64,000 nucleotides of DNA from Dehalococcoidia bacterium (GTDB taxonomy: Bacteria > Chloroflexota > Dehalococcoidia > Lucifugimonadales > VXLM01). The stretch is from contig OZ244816.1 in assembly GCA_965220255.1 (NCBI GenBank), positions 779,720 through 843,719 of the forward strand, read 5' to 3'. This document shows positions 56,262-64,000 of this stretch, in pieces. The position numbers and the translations under genes were made by a program. The notes below the pieces were generated by a model that was given only the letters and a program-made list of their open reading frames with translations, did no database searches and was not told the DNA's origin. Each line of letters starts with the position of its first letter. Position 1 is the first letter of the stretch.

Positions 56262-57350
56262 CTATACGAACTCCTGCAGCGCAGCCACTACGGCGTCGGT
56301 GTCGCTCGGCGTCCCGACGGATATCCTGAAGTAGTCGCGCAGTCGCTTGGAGCTGAACTTCCTCAGGAAGATGCCACGCATGGCCATCTTCTCGAATATC
56401 TCCTCGGCGCGACCGGGCTGGAACTCGCAGAGCACGTAGTTTCCACCCGACGGCAGCGGCCTCACTCCGGGGATGCCGTTGAGCAGGTCGATCAGCCGCT
56501 CGCGCTCGCTGACGATCAGGTCGCGGTTCCCATCCAGGTATTCCGCGTCTTCGAGGGTCGCCATGAGCGCCGCCTCGGATGCGGTCGTGACGTTGTACGG
56601 CTGCTTGATGTCGATGATGTGGTCGACGAGCGTCGGCGACATGATGCCGTAGCCGATGCGGAGTCCCGCTATGCCCGCCCACTTGCTCATCGTCCGCAGG
56701 ACGATCAGGTTGTCGTGGTCTTCCACCATCGAAGCGGCAGTCCTGCCGGAGAACTCCCAGTAGGCCTCGTCTATGACGACCAGCAGGCCGGTCTCGACGA
56801 GTCCCTCGATTTGTTCGGGGGTAGCCAAGTTGCCTGTCGGGTTGTTGGGCGAGCAGAGGAAAATGATCCTGGCCCGCTCGTCGATGGCCTCCTTCACGGC
56901 GTCCACGTCGACATCGAACTTCTCGTCGCGCTGCACGAAGACGGTCTCCGCGCCGTTCACCCTCGCGTCGAAGGAGTACATGCCGAAGGTCGGCTCACTG
57001 TCGATGATCCTGTCGCCCGGCTCGATGACCAGCCGGAAGATGAGGTCGATGATCTCGTCACTTCCCGCGCCCGCGATGATTCGCTCCGCAGGCACTCCCG
57101 TAAACTCCGAGAGGGCAGCCCGGACCTTGCGCTGGAACGGGTCGGGGTAAATGTTGTACGGGACGCTCGCGACCGCGTCCGCGACCTTGGGTGAGAACCC
57201 GTACGGGTTCTCATTCGCGTTGAGGCGAACGATCTCCTCCTCGGTGATGCCGGCCTTGCTCGCCTGCAGCTCAGGCGGGTCGGCCGGGCTGAAGGTCTCG
57301 ATCTCCCGAAGGTGAGGTCTTATGAAGCTCTTGAGGTCGATATTGCTCAT
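56262..57350 (-). CDS. hisC: Histidinol-phosphate aminotransferase
   Basis: 362 aa; LNANENPYG, TMSKWAGIAGLRIGY PLP-lysine context; ATG overlaps the hisD TGA. Confidence 0.9.
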   Translation of the reverse strand: MSNIDLKSFIRPHLREIETFSPADPPELQASKAGITEEEIVRLNANENPYGFSPKVADAVASVPYNIYPDPFQRKVRAALSEFTGVPAERIIAGAGSDEIIDLIFRLVIEPGDRIIDSEPTFGMYSFDARVNGAETVFVQRDEKFDVDVDAVKEAIDERARIIFLCSPNNPTGNLATPEQIEGLVETGLLVVIDEAYWEFSGRTAASMVEDHDNLIVLRTMSKWAGIAGLRIGYGIMSPTLVDHIIDIKQPYNVTTASEAALMATLEDAEYLDGNRDLIVSERERLIDLLNGIPGVRPLPSGGNYVLCEFQPGRAEEIFEKMAMRGIFLRKFSSKRLRDYFRISVGTPSDTDAVVAALQEFV

Positions 57351-58681
57351 CTCTCTTCTTCCGATAGCTCGTCTCTGATTTCCGCCGCCTCGGCGTGGGC
57401 GGTGAGTCCCTCCGCCCTGCCCAGCACCGACGCCGCATGGCTGATCTCGGCCGCTCTCCGCTCGCTCAGGCCGACGACCGGGCTAAACTTGAGGAACGAC
57501 CGTACGCTCAGCCCCGACCCGAATCGCGCCGTTCCGCTCGTCGGCATCACGTGACTCGGCCCCGCCACGTAGTCTCCGAGCACCTCGTGCGAAAAGTCCC
57601 CAAGGAAGACGGCTCCGGCGTTTCTCACACTATTTACGTGGCTCCATGGGTCTCGCATCATGAGCGAGACGTGCTCCGGAGCGAAGGCGTTCGCCAACTC
57701 GAATGCCTCGTCGAGGTCGGCGACGACCGCGATGAGGCCCTGTTCTTCCACGGAGCGGGCGGCCATCTCGGACCGGTCCAGCCTGCTCAGTCGTAGCTCT
57801 ATCTCCGAGTTTACGCGCTCTGCAAGCGAGTCGGAAGTCGTTATGAGTACCGGTTTCGCGAGAATGTCGTGCTCGGCCTGCGCGAGGAGGTCCGCCGCGC
57901 ACAGGGTAGGATTGCCGTTCTCATCGGCGATCACGAGCGTCTCCGTCGGGCCGTACAGCCCGTCTATGCCGACCTCGCCGAACACGAGCTTCTTGGCGAG
58001 CGTCGTGAAGAGACCGCCCGGCCCGCAGACCATGTCCACCCTGGGGACCGACTCGGTGCCGTAGGCCATGGCGGCGACGGCCTGCGCCCCGCCAATCTGA
58101 AGGACACGGTCCGCTCCCGCTATATCTGCCGCCACCAGCACGACGGGATGGATGCCCCGGTCGACACCCGGATTCGTCGCTATGATGACCTCGTCCACGC
58201 CCGCAACCCTAGCGGGAATGACGGACATCAGCACCGTGGAGGGGAATCTGGCAGTCCCGCCCGGAACGTATACTCCGACGCGCTCCACCGGGTTTACCAG
58301 CTCGCCGTACCCCTCGCCAAAGTCCACCCAACTCTCAGGTCTGCTTTTCTCCTGGAACCGCCGGACGCGCTCGGCGGCCAGACGCAGAGCGTCAAGGACC
58401 TCATCATCGACCGCGTCGTAGGCCTGCTCGATAGCGGACGCCGGGACCTGCAGATCTCCAAGCTCCACACCGTCGAGCCGCTTGGTTATTTCTCGCACGG
58501 CATCATCGCCGCCCTCGCGGACTCGGTCGATGATGTACTGCGCCGTCTCGATCGGCGTCATCGCCTTACCGAAGGTCGTTTCGGTGCGTTCGAGCATGGA
58601 GGCGGGCACGGAGTCGAGACCCAGCCCGCGCCCGGCGAGCAGGGTCTCCCTCGACTCTTCCAGTCCGTATACGATTCTCAT
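57347..58681 (-). CDS. hisD: Histidinol dehydrogenase
   Basis: 444 aa; ...VYVPGGTA.FPSTVLM..IPA.VAGV, AQAEHD, APEHV, GDY.AGPSHV.PT motifs. Confidence 0.95.
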   Translation of the reverse strand: MRIVYGLEESRETLLAGRGLGLDSVPASMLERTETTFGKAMTPIETAQYIIDRVREGGDDAVREITKRLDGVELGDLQVPASAIEQAYDAVDDEVLDALRLAAERVRRFQEKSRPESWVDFGEGYGELVNPVERVGVYVPGGTARFPSTVLMSVIPARVAGVDEVIIATNPGVDRGIHPVVLVAADIAGADRVLQIGGAQAVAAMAYGTESVPRVDMVCGPGGLFTTLAKKLVFGEVGIDGLYGPTETLVIADENGNPTLCAADLLAQAEHDILAKPVLITTSDSLAERVNSEIELRLSRLDRSEMAARSVEEQGLIAVVADLDEAFELANAFAPEHVSLMMRDPWSHVNSVRNAGAVFLGDFSHEVLGDYVAGPSHVMPTSGTARFGSGLSVRSFLKFSPVVGLSERRAAEISHAASVLGRAEGLTAHAEAAEIRDELSEEER

Positions 58682-59418
58682 GCCAGATGCTCCGCGATCA
58701 CGCGGGCCATGCCCGCTATGGCGTCACGTTTGAATTCTGTGAGTGTTTCCGTCGGCACCGTCTCGTGCAGCATATCCAGTGTATCAGGCATTCCGCGAAC
58801 GAAGTCGTCTGCGATGGCGTGGGACGGATGCGACTCGTCTCCCCGGGAGATCCTAGTCGCCATGAATCTCAGCCGTTCCCATGTGAACTCCCGCGAAACG
58901 AAGCTCGTCACCCACTCATGCCACTCGTCTAGGGTATCGTCGTCGATGAAGGGTATATCCACGCCTCCGGCGAAGCCCGATAAGTGCTGAATGAGCATAT
59001 CAAGATGCCCTTGGGCGAGGCTGTCGAGCTCCATCTGCATCGCGCGGTCCATTACTGCGCCCTCCGCCTCCGTCTCGAACACGCCATCCACACCGAACAG
59101 CGGGCGGTACATCCTGGTGATCCACGTCTCGTCGAGAGTCAGGTGAGTCATGTACCCGGCCATGAACGACCGGGTTGGGCCGTTTTGGGTGTCGGCTAGC
59201 TGTGGATACTCTCGCAACAGCCCGGATATCCCGGCGCCGACCTCGTCAAAGTCCAGCGGTGCGAAATGGTACGGCTCCCGTCCCTTGCGAGTAATCACTC
59301 GAACGTCCGGGGCCGTCGACCCGAGCAGGTAGCAGCCCATGTTCTCGTTCAGGACCTTTGCGTCGACCAGTTGGGCGGCGAGATACGCCATTTCCATGTG
59401 TGTAGCCGGATTCGGCAT
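58678..59418 (-). CDS. Zinc-dependent phospholipase C-like metallohydrolase family protein embedded in the his operon
   Basis: MPNPATHMEMAY...LLGSTAPD...PYHF...FMAGYMTHLTLDETW pattern as in proteins annotated zinc-dependent phospholipase C family; stop overlaps the hisD ATG (ATGA); 9 nt after hisG. Confidence 0.55.
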   Translation of the reverse strand: MPNPATHMEMAYLAAQLVDAKVLNENMGCYLLGSTAPDVRVITRKGREPYHFAPLDFDEVGAGISGLLREYPQLADTQNGPTRSFMAGYMTHLTLDETWITRMYRPLFGVDGVFETEAEGAVMDRAMQMELDSLAQGHLDMLIQHLSGFAGGVDIPFIDDDTLDEWHEWVTSFVSREFTWERLRFMATRISRGDESHPSHAIADDFVRGMPDTLDMLHETVPTETLTEFKRDAIAGMARVIAEHLA

Positions 59419-59427
59419 GGGCAGGGC

Positions 59428-60420
59428 CTATGATTCCTTCGACAGACGCTCCGCTGCCTCTGACTTCGAGTGGAACATGTAGCTTGGCTGTGTGACCGTG
59501 ACGCTAACGCCGCCGATCTTGCGGAGGCTGTTGACCGCATCCAGTAGCCGTGCTTTCTCCACGATGACCGTGACGGCATACCATGCGGTCGTGTCGTCTG
59601 TGGTGTGAACTTTCGCAATCGTTGGACCACGCAGTCCGGCGATGTCCGCGTGTTCCAGGACCTCACTCGCGACCGACTCCTCGTTCTCACCTTGCACGTT
59701 GGCGGTCACGCTGTAGAAGTTGCGAGAGTTCCGGTAGGCCTCGATATGTTCGACCAGTGCCGTGGCCGGGCCGAGCTTGTCGGGGTCGGCGGCAATGCGC
59801 CTTCGGTTGCCGATCAGGCACGCCTCCGACCTGACGACCGTGCCGCCCTGAATGGTCTTCAGGCGGTTGGCGCGCATGGTGGTGCCGGTCGAGGATATGT
59901 CGGCGATGATGTCCGCCGACCCCATGGCGGGGCTGATCTCCAGCGCGCCGCTCGACGGAATCAGTGTAACGAAGTTCACGCCGTTGGCCAGCAGGAACCT
60001 CTCCGTCAGCCGTGGGTACTTGGTGGCAACCTGGAGCTGTGTCCCCTGCTGCCGGAACTCGATGGCAAGGTCGGCGAGGTCGGCCATAGAAGTCACGTCT
60101 ACCCACGAGTCGGGCACCTGCAGGGCAAGCTCCGACCGGGCGAAGCCGAGACTCTCGACGATGATCTCACCGTCTCCCCCCTCGCGCCGGCGCTCGAGGA
60201 ACCCGTCGCGTCCCACGATGCCAACGTCTGCCATGCCCTCTTCGATCTGCAGGGGGATGTCCGCCTGCCGCTGGAAGTGGACGACCACGCCCGGCAGGGA
60301 GGGAATCTCCGCCGTGTACCTGCGAGGATTGGGCCGCGAGACGCCGATGCCGCACGCCTTCAGGAAATCGAGGGCGGGATCGTGCAGGCTGCCGCTGCTT
60401 GGCACTGCGAATCTCAGCAT
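59428..60420 (-). CDS. hisG: ATP phosphoribosyltransferase, long form with C-terminal regulatory domain
   Basis: 330 aa; catalytic core (LRFAVPSSGSL..., ADIIADISSTGTTMRANRL) plus about 100-aa tail (YSVTANV...GPTIAKV...YAVTVIVEKARLLDAVNSLRKIGGVSVTV) resembling HisG_C. Confidence 0.9.
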   Translation of the reverse strand: MLRFAVPSSGSLHDPALDFLKACGIGVSRPNPRRYTAEIPSLPGVVVHFQRQADIPLQIEEGMADVGIVGRDGFLERRREGGDGEIIVESLGFARSELALQVPDSWVDVTSMADLADLAIEFRQQGTQLQVATKYPRLTERFLLANGVNFVTLIPSSGALEISPAMGSADIIADISSTGTTMRANRLKTIQGGTVVRSEACLIGNRRRIAADPDKLGPATALVEHIEAYRNSRNFYSVTANVQGENEESVASEVLEHADIAGLRGPTIAKVHTTDDTTAWYAVTVIVEKARLLDAVNSLRKIGGVSVTVTQPSYMFHSKSEAAERLSKES

Positions 60421-60429
60421 GAAAGGCCC

Positions 60430-61635
60430 CTACTCCACCCTGCCCGCGAGAGCGTCAACAATCCTATCGGGCCGAAGGGCGAACCCCATTGCCGGAACGT
60501 CATCGCCGCCGAGGGCCTTGACGAGCCCGTCGTAGCGTCCGCCACCGCCCACGTTGACCGGCCCTTCCTCACCTCCACAAAAAATCTCGAACACTGTGCC
60601 GGTGTAGTAGGCGATGCCCGGCACGAAAGAGAGGTCGAGCGTGACGTTCGACACTGGAACTCCCCGCGCGGGCAACACGTCGATGAGCGCCCGGAGGTCG
60701 TCTATGGACGCAGGATCGGCTCCGTGTGCTCGAAGAATCTCCTCCACCGTAGGGAGGGTCTCGCCGGGTGCGCCGCTGACCTTCGAGAGGTCTGCCATCA
60801 GCGCAAGTGAGGCGGCCAGCTTGTCGGGACTGTCGGCGCTTTGCAGCTTCCGCAACAGTCGCTCGACGATCTGCTCGGTGGTCCTGCGACCGACGGGACT
60901 CGACACCGAGTCGGAGAGCATGTCCCGCACGAACTGCCGCGTAACCTCCGCCCCGTTCTCCGTCGCCACAGGCGGCATATTGCCATCATCCTGTTCTCGG
61001 ATGATACCCATCTCGTCCGCTAGGGCGACCAGGTCTGCGACTGATGTCGAATCGGTCTTCAGATCGTCCACGTGAGCGAACACGAAGCCCTTGGTCGCGT
61101 CGGACAACTCATGCTCGTCCAACACGCGGTTCAGCAGGCCCGTGTCGCCGATGCGGACGGTCCATCCGTTCAGGCCAAGCTCCCCGAGCCCGCCGCACGC
61201 AATCGAGAGTATCTCGGCGTCGGCCTCGCTGCCGGCCGGCCCGATGAGCTCCGTGCCGACCTGCGTGAACTGGCGCAACTCTCCCTCTTGTGACGGTTGA
61301 TAGCGGAACACCGGGCCGCTGTAGCTCAGGCGCGCAGTGGCGCCAAGTTCGGCGGCGTGCTCAATGTAGTGACGAATGACCGAGGGAGTGATCTCCGGGC
61401 GGAGGCTCACGCGATTGCCGCCGGGGTCATCGAAGGAGTAGAGCATCCCCGACAGCTCGCCGCCCGATTTGCGGACGAACAACTCCGCGTCCTCGACGAT
61501 GGGGGTGTCGATGGGGTCGTAGCCCCTTTCAGCGAAATATGCACTGAGAGCGTCTGCGATGTTCGCTGATTGTCTGAAGGAACCGCCGGTCACGTCCGCC
61601 ATGCCCGGCAGGCTGAGGATTCGACTGCTTGGCAT
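60430..61635 (-). CDS. hisZ: ATP phosphoribosyltransferase regulatory subunit (HisRS paralogue without anticodon-binding domain)
   Basis: Class II aaRS-like core (..SLRPEITPSV.R.., GGGGRYDGL); ends right after motif 3; position immediately upstream of hisG. Confidence 0.8.
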   Translation of the reverse strand: MPSSRILSLPGMADVTGGSFRQSANIADALSAYFAERGYDPIDTPIVEDAELFVRKSGGELSGMLYSFDDPGGNRVSLRPEITPSVIRHYIEHAAELGATARLSYSGPVFRYQPSQEGELRQFTQVGTELIGPAGSEADAEILSIACGGLGELGLNGWTVRIGDTGLLNRVLDEHELSDATKGFVFAHVDDLKTDSTSVADLVALADEMGIIREQDDGNMPPVATENGAEVTRQFVRDMLSDSVSSPVGRRTTEQIVERLLRKLQSADSPDKLAASLALMADLSKVSGAPGETLPTVEEILRAHGADPASIDDLRALIDVLPARGVPVSNVTLDLSFVPGIAYYTGTVFEIFCGGEEGPVNVGGGGRYDGLVKALGGDDVPAMGFALRPDRIVDALAGRVE

Positions 61636-61654
61636 CTCTACCTTCCCGCGAGAT

Positions 61655-61682
61655 AGTATATCAGCGCGGAGCAGCCATTCAA
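61655..61682 (-). promoter_or_regulatory. Sigma70-like promoter of the his operon (TTGAAT-16 nt-TATACT)
   Basis: Read on the minus strand; -10 ends about 20 nt before the hisZ ATG, implying a very short leader. Confidence 0.35.
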
Positions 61683-61727
61683 TGAAATTATCCTTGAGTG
61701 GAAGGTCCAGGCCCGGCGGGAGCTACC

Positions 61728-62213
61728 TCACTCCTTGAGGGGTCTCCCGTCCGCCTCGAAGAACTCCAGGTGGGGCACCCCACGCCTATCAACGCGAATC
61801 GAGACACGGTCGTTCCCATCGCCGTCCATGAGGACGAAACTCGGCAGGCCCTCCTCGTCCACTTCGATGGACATTCGGGCCTCTCCGTAGGGGCCGGTGA
61901 CGTCGAAAACGGGTGTGTTCCCCTCGGCAATCCCAATGGAAACCCTCGGTTCCCCCGCCAGGTCGTACAGTCCAAGCGTCGGAGAACCGTCCTGATCCAA
62001 GTCCAGGGAAGCGCGGACGGAGCCGCGCAGATCGTATAGAGACAGCGTGGTCGATCCCAACTCGTCGCTGACGGCGAGCTCGCCGACGCTCTGGCCATTG
62101 GGGTCCAGCAGCATCAGCCCGGACGCTTCAGCCTGCGCCCCGATAATCACCCTGGGACGTCCCTCGTTGTCAACCACCTCGAACCGTTTCGCGCGAATTA
62201 CCTCTTCGACCAT
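61728..62213 (-). CDS. Hypothetical protein built of about seven ~23-aa repeats (h-x-h-h-D-x-x-G-x-x-R-h-x-h)
   Basis: Start MVEEVIRAKRFEVVDNEGRPRVII (ATG 62213); repeats FEVVDNEGRPRVIIG / LMLLDPNGQSVGELA / LSLYDLRGSVRASLD / LGLYDLAGEPRVSIG / FVLMDGDGNDRVSIR ... Confidence 0.5.
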   Translation of the reverse strand: MVEEVIRAKRFEVVDNEGRPRVIIGAQAEASGLMLLDPNGQSVGELAVSDELGSTTLSLYDLRGSVRASLDLDQDGSPTLGLYDLAGEPRVSIGIAEGNTPVFDVTGPYGEARMSIEVDEEGLPSFVLMDGDGNDRVSIRVDRRGVPHLEFFEADGRPLKE

Positions 62214-62386
62214 GACATGCCTCCGGTGGGATTGGGCCTGCATAGCATAGGGCAAAGGAGCAGTTTGTTCCAAGAGTTGAGTCAGCGATCGTACATTGGG
62301 GTATCTGGCTTGACGATGTGCGAACTGATACGATATCAGGACATTAGAGTAATGAAGACCCTGGACGATTCCGCCAAGGGGATGCC

Positions 62387-62596
62387 ATGGACAAGAACAT
62401 CGTTACAGAAATAGACGATGAGTCGAACGATGAACTTCCAGACACGGTTCGGCCCGAAGATACTGAAGCCTACCATGAACTCGTCGAAGACCTAGCCATA
62501 GTTGAGCGGGCACTAGAAGAGTACGATGCACAAGGGATAGAGGGCACCACCTCCTACAACGAGTATCGGGCCAAGCGACTTGGGATAACGGCTTGA
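62387..62596 (+). CDS. Putative antitoxin (acidic 69-aa protein) of the downstream RelE/ParE toxin
   Basis: Position and size only; low-G+C patch; no family recognised. Confidence 0.4.
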   Translation: MDKNIVTEIDDESNDELPDTVRPEDTEAYHELVEDLAIVERALEEYDAQGIEGTTSYNEYRAKRLGITA

Positions 62597-62609
62597 ATAC
62601 GAGGTTTGG

Positions 62610-62852
62610 TTGACGTCTCACGCCGAGCGCGATCTCCAACGCCTCTCACACCAAGACTTACGACGAGTTGACGAGCGCATCTTCTTGTTGGCGGAAAACC
62701 CGCGACCCATGGGGGTCGTCAAGCTCCGCGAAAAACCCCATCGCATACGTGTCGGCCCTTGGAGAGTTATCTACCTCATTGATGACGCCAAGCGGATCGT
62801 AGTGATAAACGCAGTACGTCGACGTGAGAAGGATACTTATCGTTCACGCTAG
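62610..62852 (+). CDS. RelE/ParE family toxin
   Basis: LTSHAERDLQRL...RI..LAENPRP.G.VKL....HRIRVG.WRVIY.IDD..R.V.I..V.RR..DTY; TTG start as in the ORF track; frame open back to 62589 but without a start codon. Confidence 0.7.
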   Translation: MTSHAERDLQRLSHQDLRRVDERIFLLAENPRPMGVVKLREKPHRIRVGPWRVIYLIDDAKRIVVINAVRRREKDTYRSR

Positions 62853-62911
62853 GTCATCGCGTCTGTGTTGACACCTTGTTCGCCGATTCATAGACTAGCC
62901 GCATACGTCAG

Positions 62912-63715
62912 ATGAATCGGGGCCGCATGGACCAACACGAAAAATACCTCTACGACCTGCAGGGCTACATCACGGTGCCGGACGCCCTCGACTCAGACCA
63001 GCTTCGGCGGCTGAACGAGGAGGTCGACAGGCATATCGAGGCTGAGTGTCCACCCGACATGACGACGCACCGGTTCTTCGACACCATCGATTGGGGCGGG
63101 CCGCTGCTGGAGCTTATAGACAACCCGCGTGCGAGGCCGTACCTCGACACGACCATGGGTTTGGACGCGTACCGCCTCGACCACGTGTACCTCGACGTGA
63201 TCCGCTCGGGGAAAGGCCCCATCGGTACCAAGCTGCACGGGGGCGGAGTTCCGACCCGGTCCCTACAATACTACAGGTTCGAGGAGGGGCGGATGTGGAA
63301 CGGCCTGTCGGTGGTGGCGTATAACCTGCACGACGTGGGGCCGATGGACGGAGGTTTCGGCGCGATCCCCGGCTCGCACAAGAGCAACTACCCCTTGCCT
63401 TATGAGTGGAAGGAGATGGAGGAGCTTCACCCCAGCGTCCAGCGTGTCACGGGGCCGGCGGGCACGGCGATCGTCTTCACCGAGGCGCTTGCGCACGGGA
63501 CGCTCCCGTGGACGGGCGACCACGAGCGGCGGACGCTTTTCTTCAAGTACAGTCCGCACGCGTCCTCCTGGTACGCCCGCTACTACAACGCCGACGACTA
63601 CCCCGGCCTGAACGAACGGCAGCGCACCATCCTCGAAGCGCCAAACAACCGGTACGCCTACCGCCACGAGCGGACTCCGGGGTCGAAACCCCAGGCAGAG
63701 TACGAGAAGGAGTAA
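62912..63715 (+). CDS. Phytanoyl-CoA dioxygenase (PhyH) family Fe(II)/2-oxoglutarate oxygenase
   Basis: YLYDLQGYITVPDAL...; HGGG, GAIPGSHKSN, FTEALAHGTLPW. Confidence 0.8.
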   Translation: MNRGRMDQHEKYLYDLQGYITVPDALDSDQLRRLNEEVDRHIEAECPPDMTTHRFFDTIDWGGPLLELIDNPRARPYLDTTMGLDAYRLDHVYLDVIRSGKGPIGTKLHGGGVPTRSLQYYRFEEGRMWNGLSVVAYNLHDVGPMDGGFGAIPGSHKSNYPLPYEWKEMEELHPSVQRVTGPAGTAIVFTEALAHGTLPWTGDHERRTLFFKYSPHASSWYARYYNADDYPGLNERQRTILEAPNNRYAYRHERTPGSKPQAEYEKE

Positions 63716-63718
63716 GTA

Positions 63719-64000
63719 ATGAAACTCACCGATCATCAACTCGCGTTCTTCGACACGTTCGGCTTCCTCGCGTTTCCGGGGCTGTTCGCCGACGACATCG
63801 ACAAGATCACCGGCGCTTTCGAGAAGGTCTGGGCCGACCACGGCGGGGGCCACTTCGGGCGGGAGCACGACGGCAAGCAGCGCTCCGCTCTCATCCAGTT
63901 CATCGACCTGGACGAGTACCTCAGCGCGCTGATCGACGATCCGCGCATCCACGACGTATGCGCGTCGGTGCTTGGTGACGACTTCAACTACGCAGGCAGC
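63719..64000 (+). CDS. PhyH family dioxygenase, N-terminal part (3' end outside window)
   Basis: ATG 63719, open to the window end: MKLTDHQLAFFDTFGFLAFPGLFADDIDKITGAFEKVWADHGGG... Confidence 0.7.
   Translation, partial: MKLTDHQLAFFDTFGFLAFPGLFADDIDKITGAFEKVWADHGGGHFGREHDGKQRSALIQFIDLDEYLSALIDDPRIHDVCASVLGDDFNYAGS

Noticed and set aside
58203-58222. gcgggaatgacgg inside hisD looks like a REP-A copy within a coding region.
   Set aside because: Only the right arm is present, with no complementary ggattcccgc partner. It lies in a conserved part of hisD, so it is most likely a chance partial match.

Overview
This is a 64-kb high-G+C bacterial chromosomal segment; hand counts of a few 60-nt lines give roughly 60-65 % G+C in core genes. 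It holds about 60 protein-coding genes on both strands. I recognised no rRNA, tRNA or CRISPR array. Core content: gyrB; a pstS-pstC-pstA-pstB-phoU operon that runs straight into an aquaglyceroporin gene and arsC; a histidine operon (hisZ-hisG-[Zn-hydrolase]-hisD-hisC ... hisB); a folE-queD/PTPS-SDR pterin cluster; nth, trxB and crcB; an RND efflux pump; an orphan family-5 solute-binding lipoprotein; and several dehydrogenases, aminotransferases, an amidohydrolase and two PhyH-type dioxygenases. Accessory content: one intact IS4-superfamily insertion sequence, two non-autonomous derivatives (MITEs) with the same termini, and three type II toxin-antitoxin loci (hicB-hicA plus a frameshifted second hicB; higB/higA-like; relE/parE-like). 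Taxonomy cannot be established from the window. The gene content and repeat style would fit an uncultured Chloroflexota-like lineage, but that is a guess. Main points of interest: (1) Three genes carry an in-frame TGA exactly at a redox-motif cysteine position, followed 10-12 nt later by a GC-rich hairpin. These are predicted selenoproteins that the ORF track splits in two: two tandem TlpA-like W-U-x-D-C lipoproteins, and a UGSC-motif protein with an uncharacterised 341-aa partner. (2) A CarH-like cobalamin-binding module (W-x9-E-H and D-x-H-x-x-G motifs) is fused to a C-terminal XRE helix-turn-helix, next to a pyrimidine-dimer glycosylase and an RND pump. (3) The IS and one MITE sit, with 11-bp target duplications, in the apical loop of a REP-like hairpin. 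(4) Nearly every intergenic region is built from at least seven families of nested palindromic repeats. (5) A PLC-like zinc-hydrolase gene is translationally coupled inside the his operon, where no histidinol-phosphate phosphatase is recognisable, and a long-form HisG co-occurs with HisZ. (6) arsC and an aquaglyceroporin are appended to the pst-phoU operon behind a Pho-box-like repeat array.
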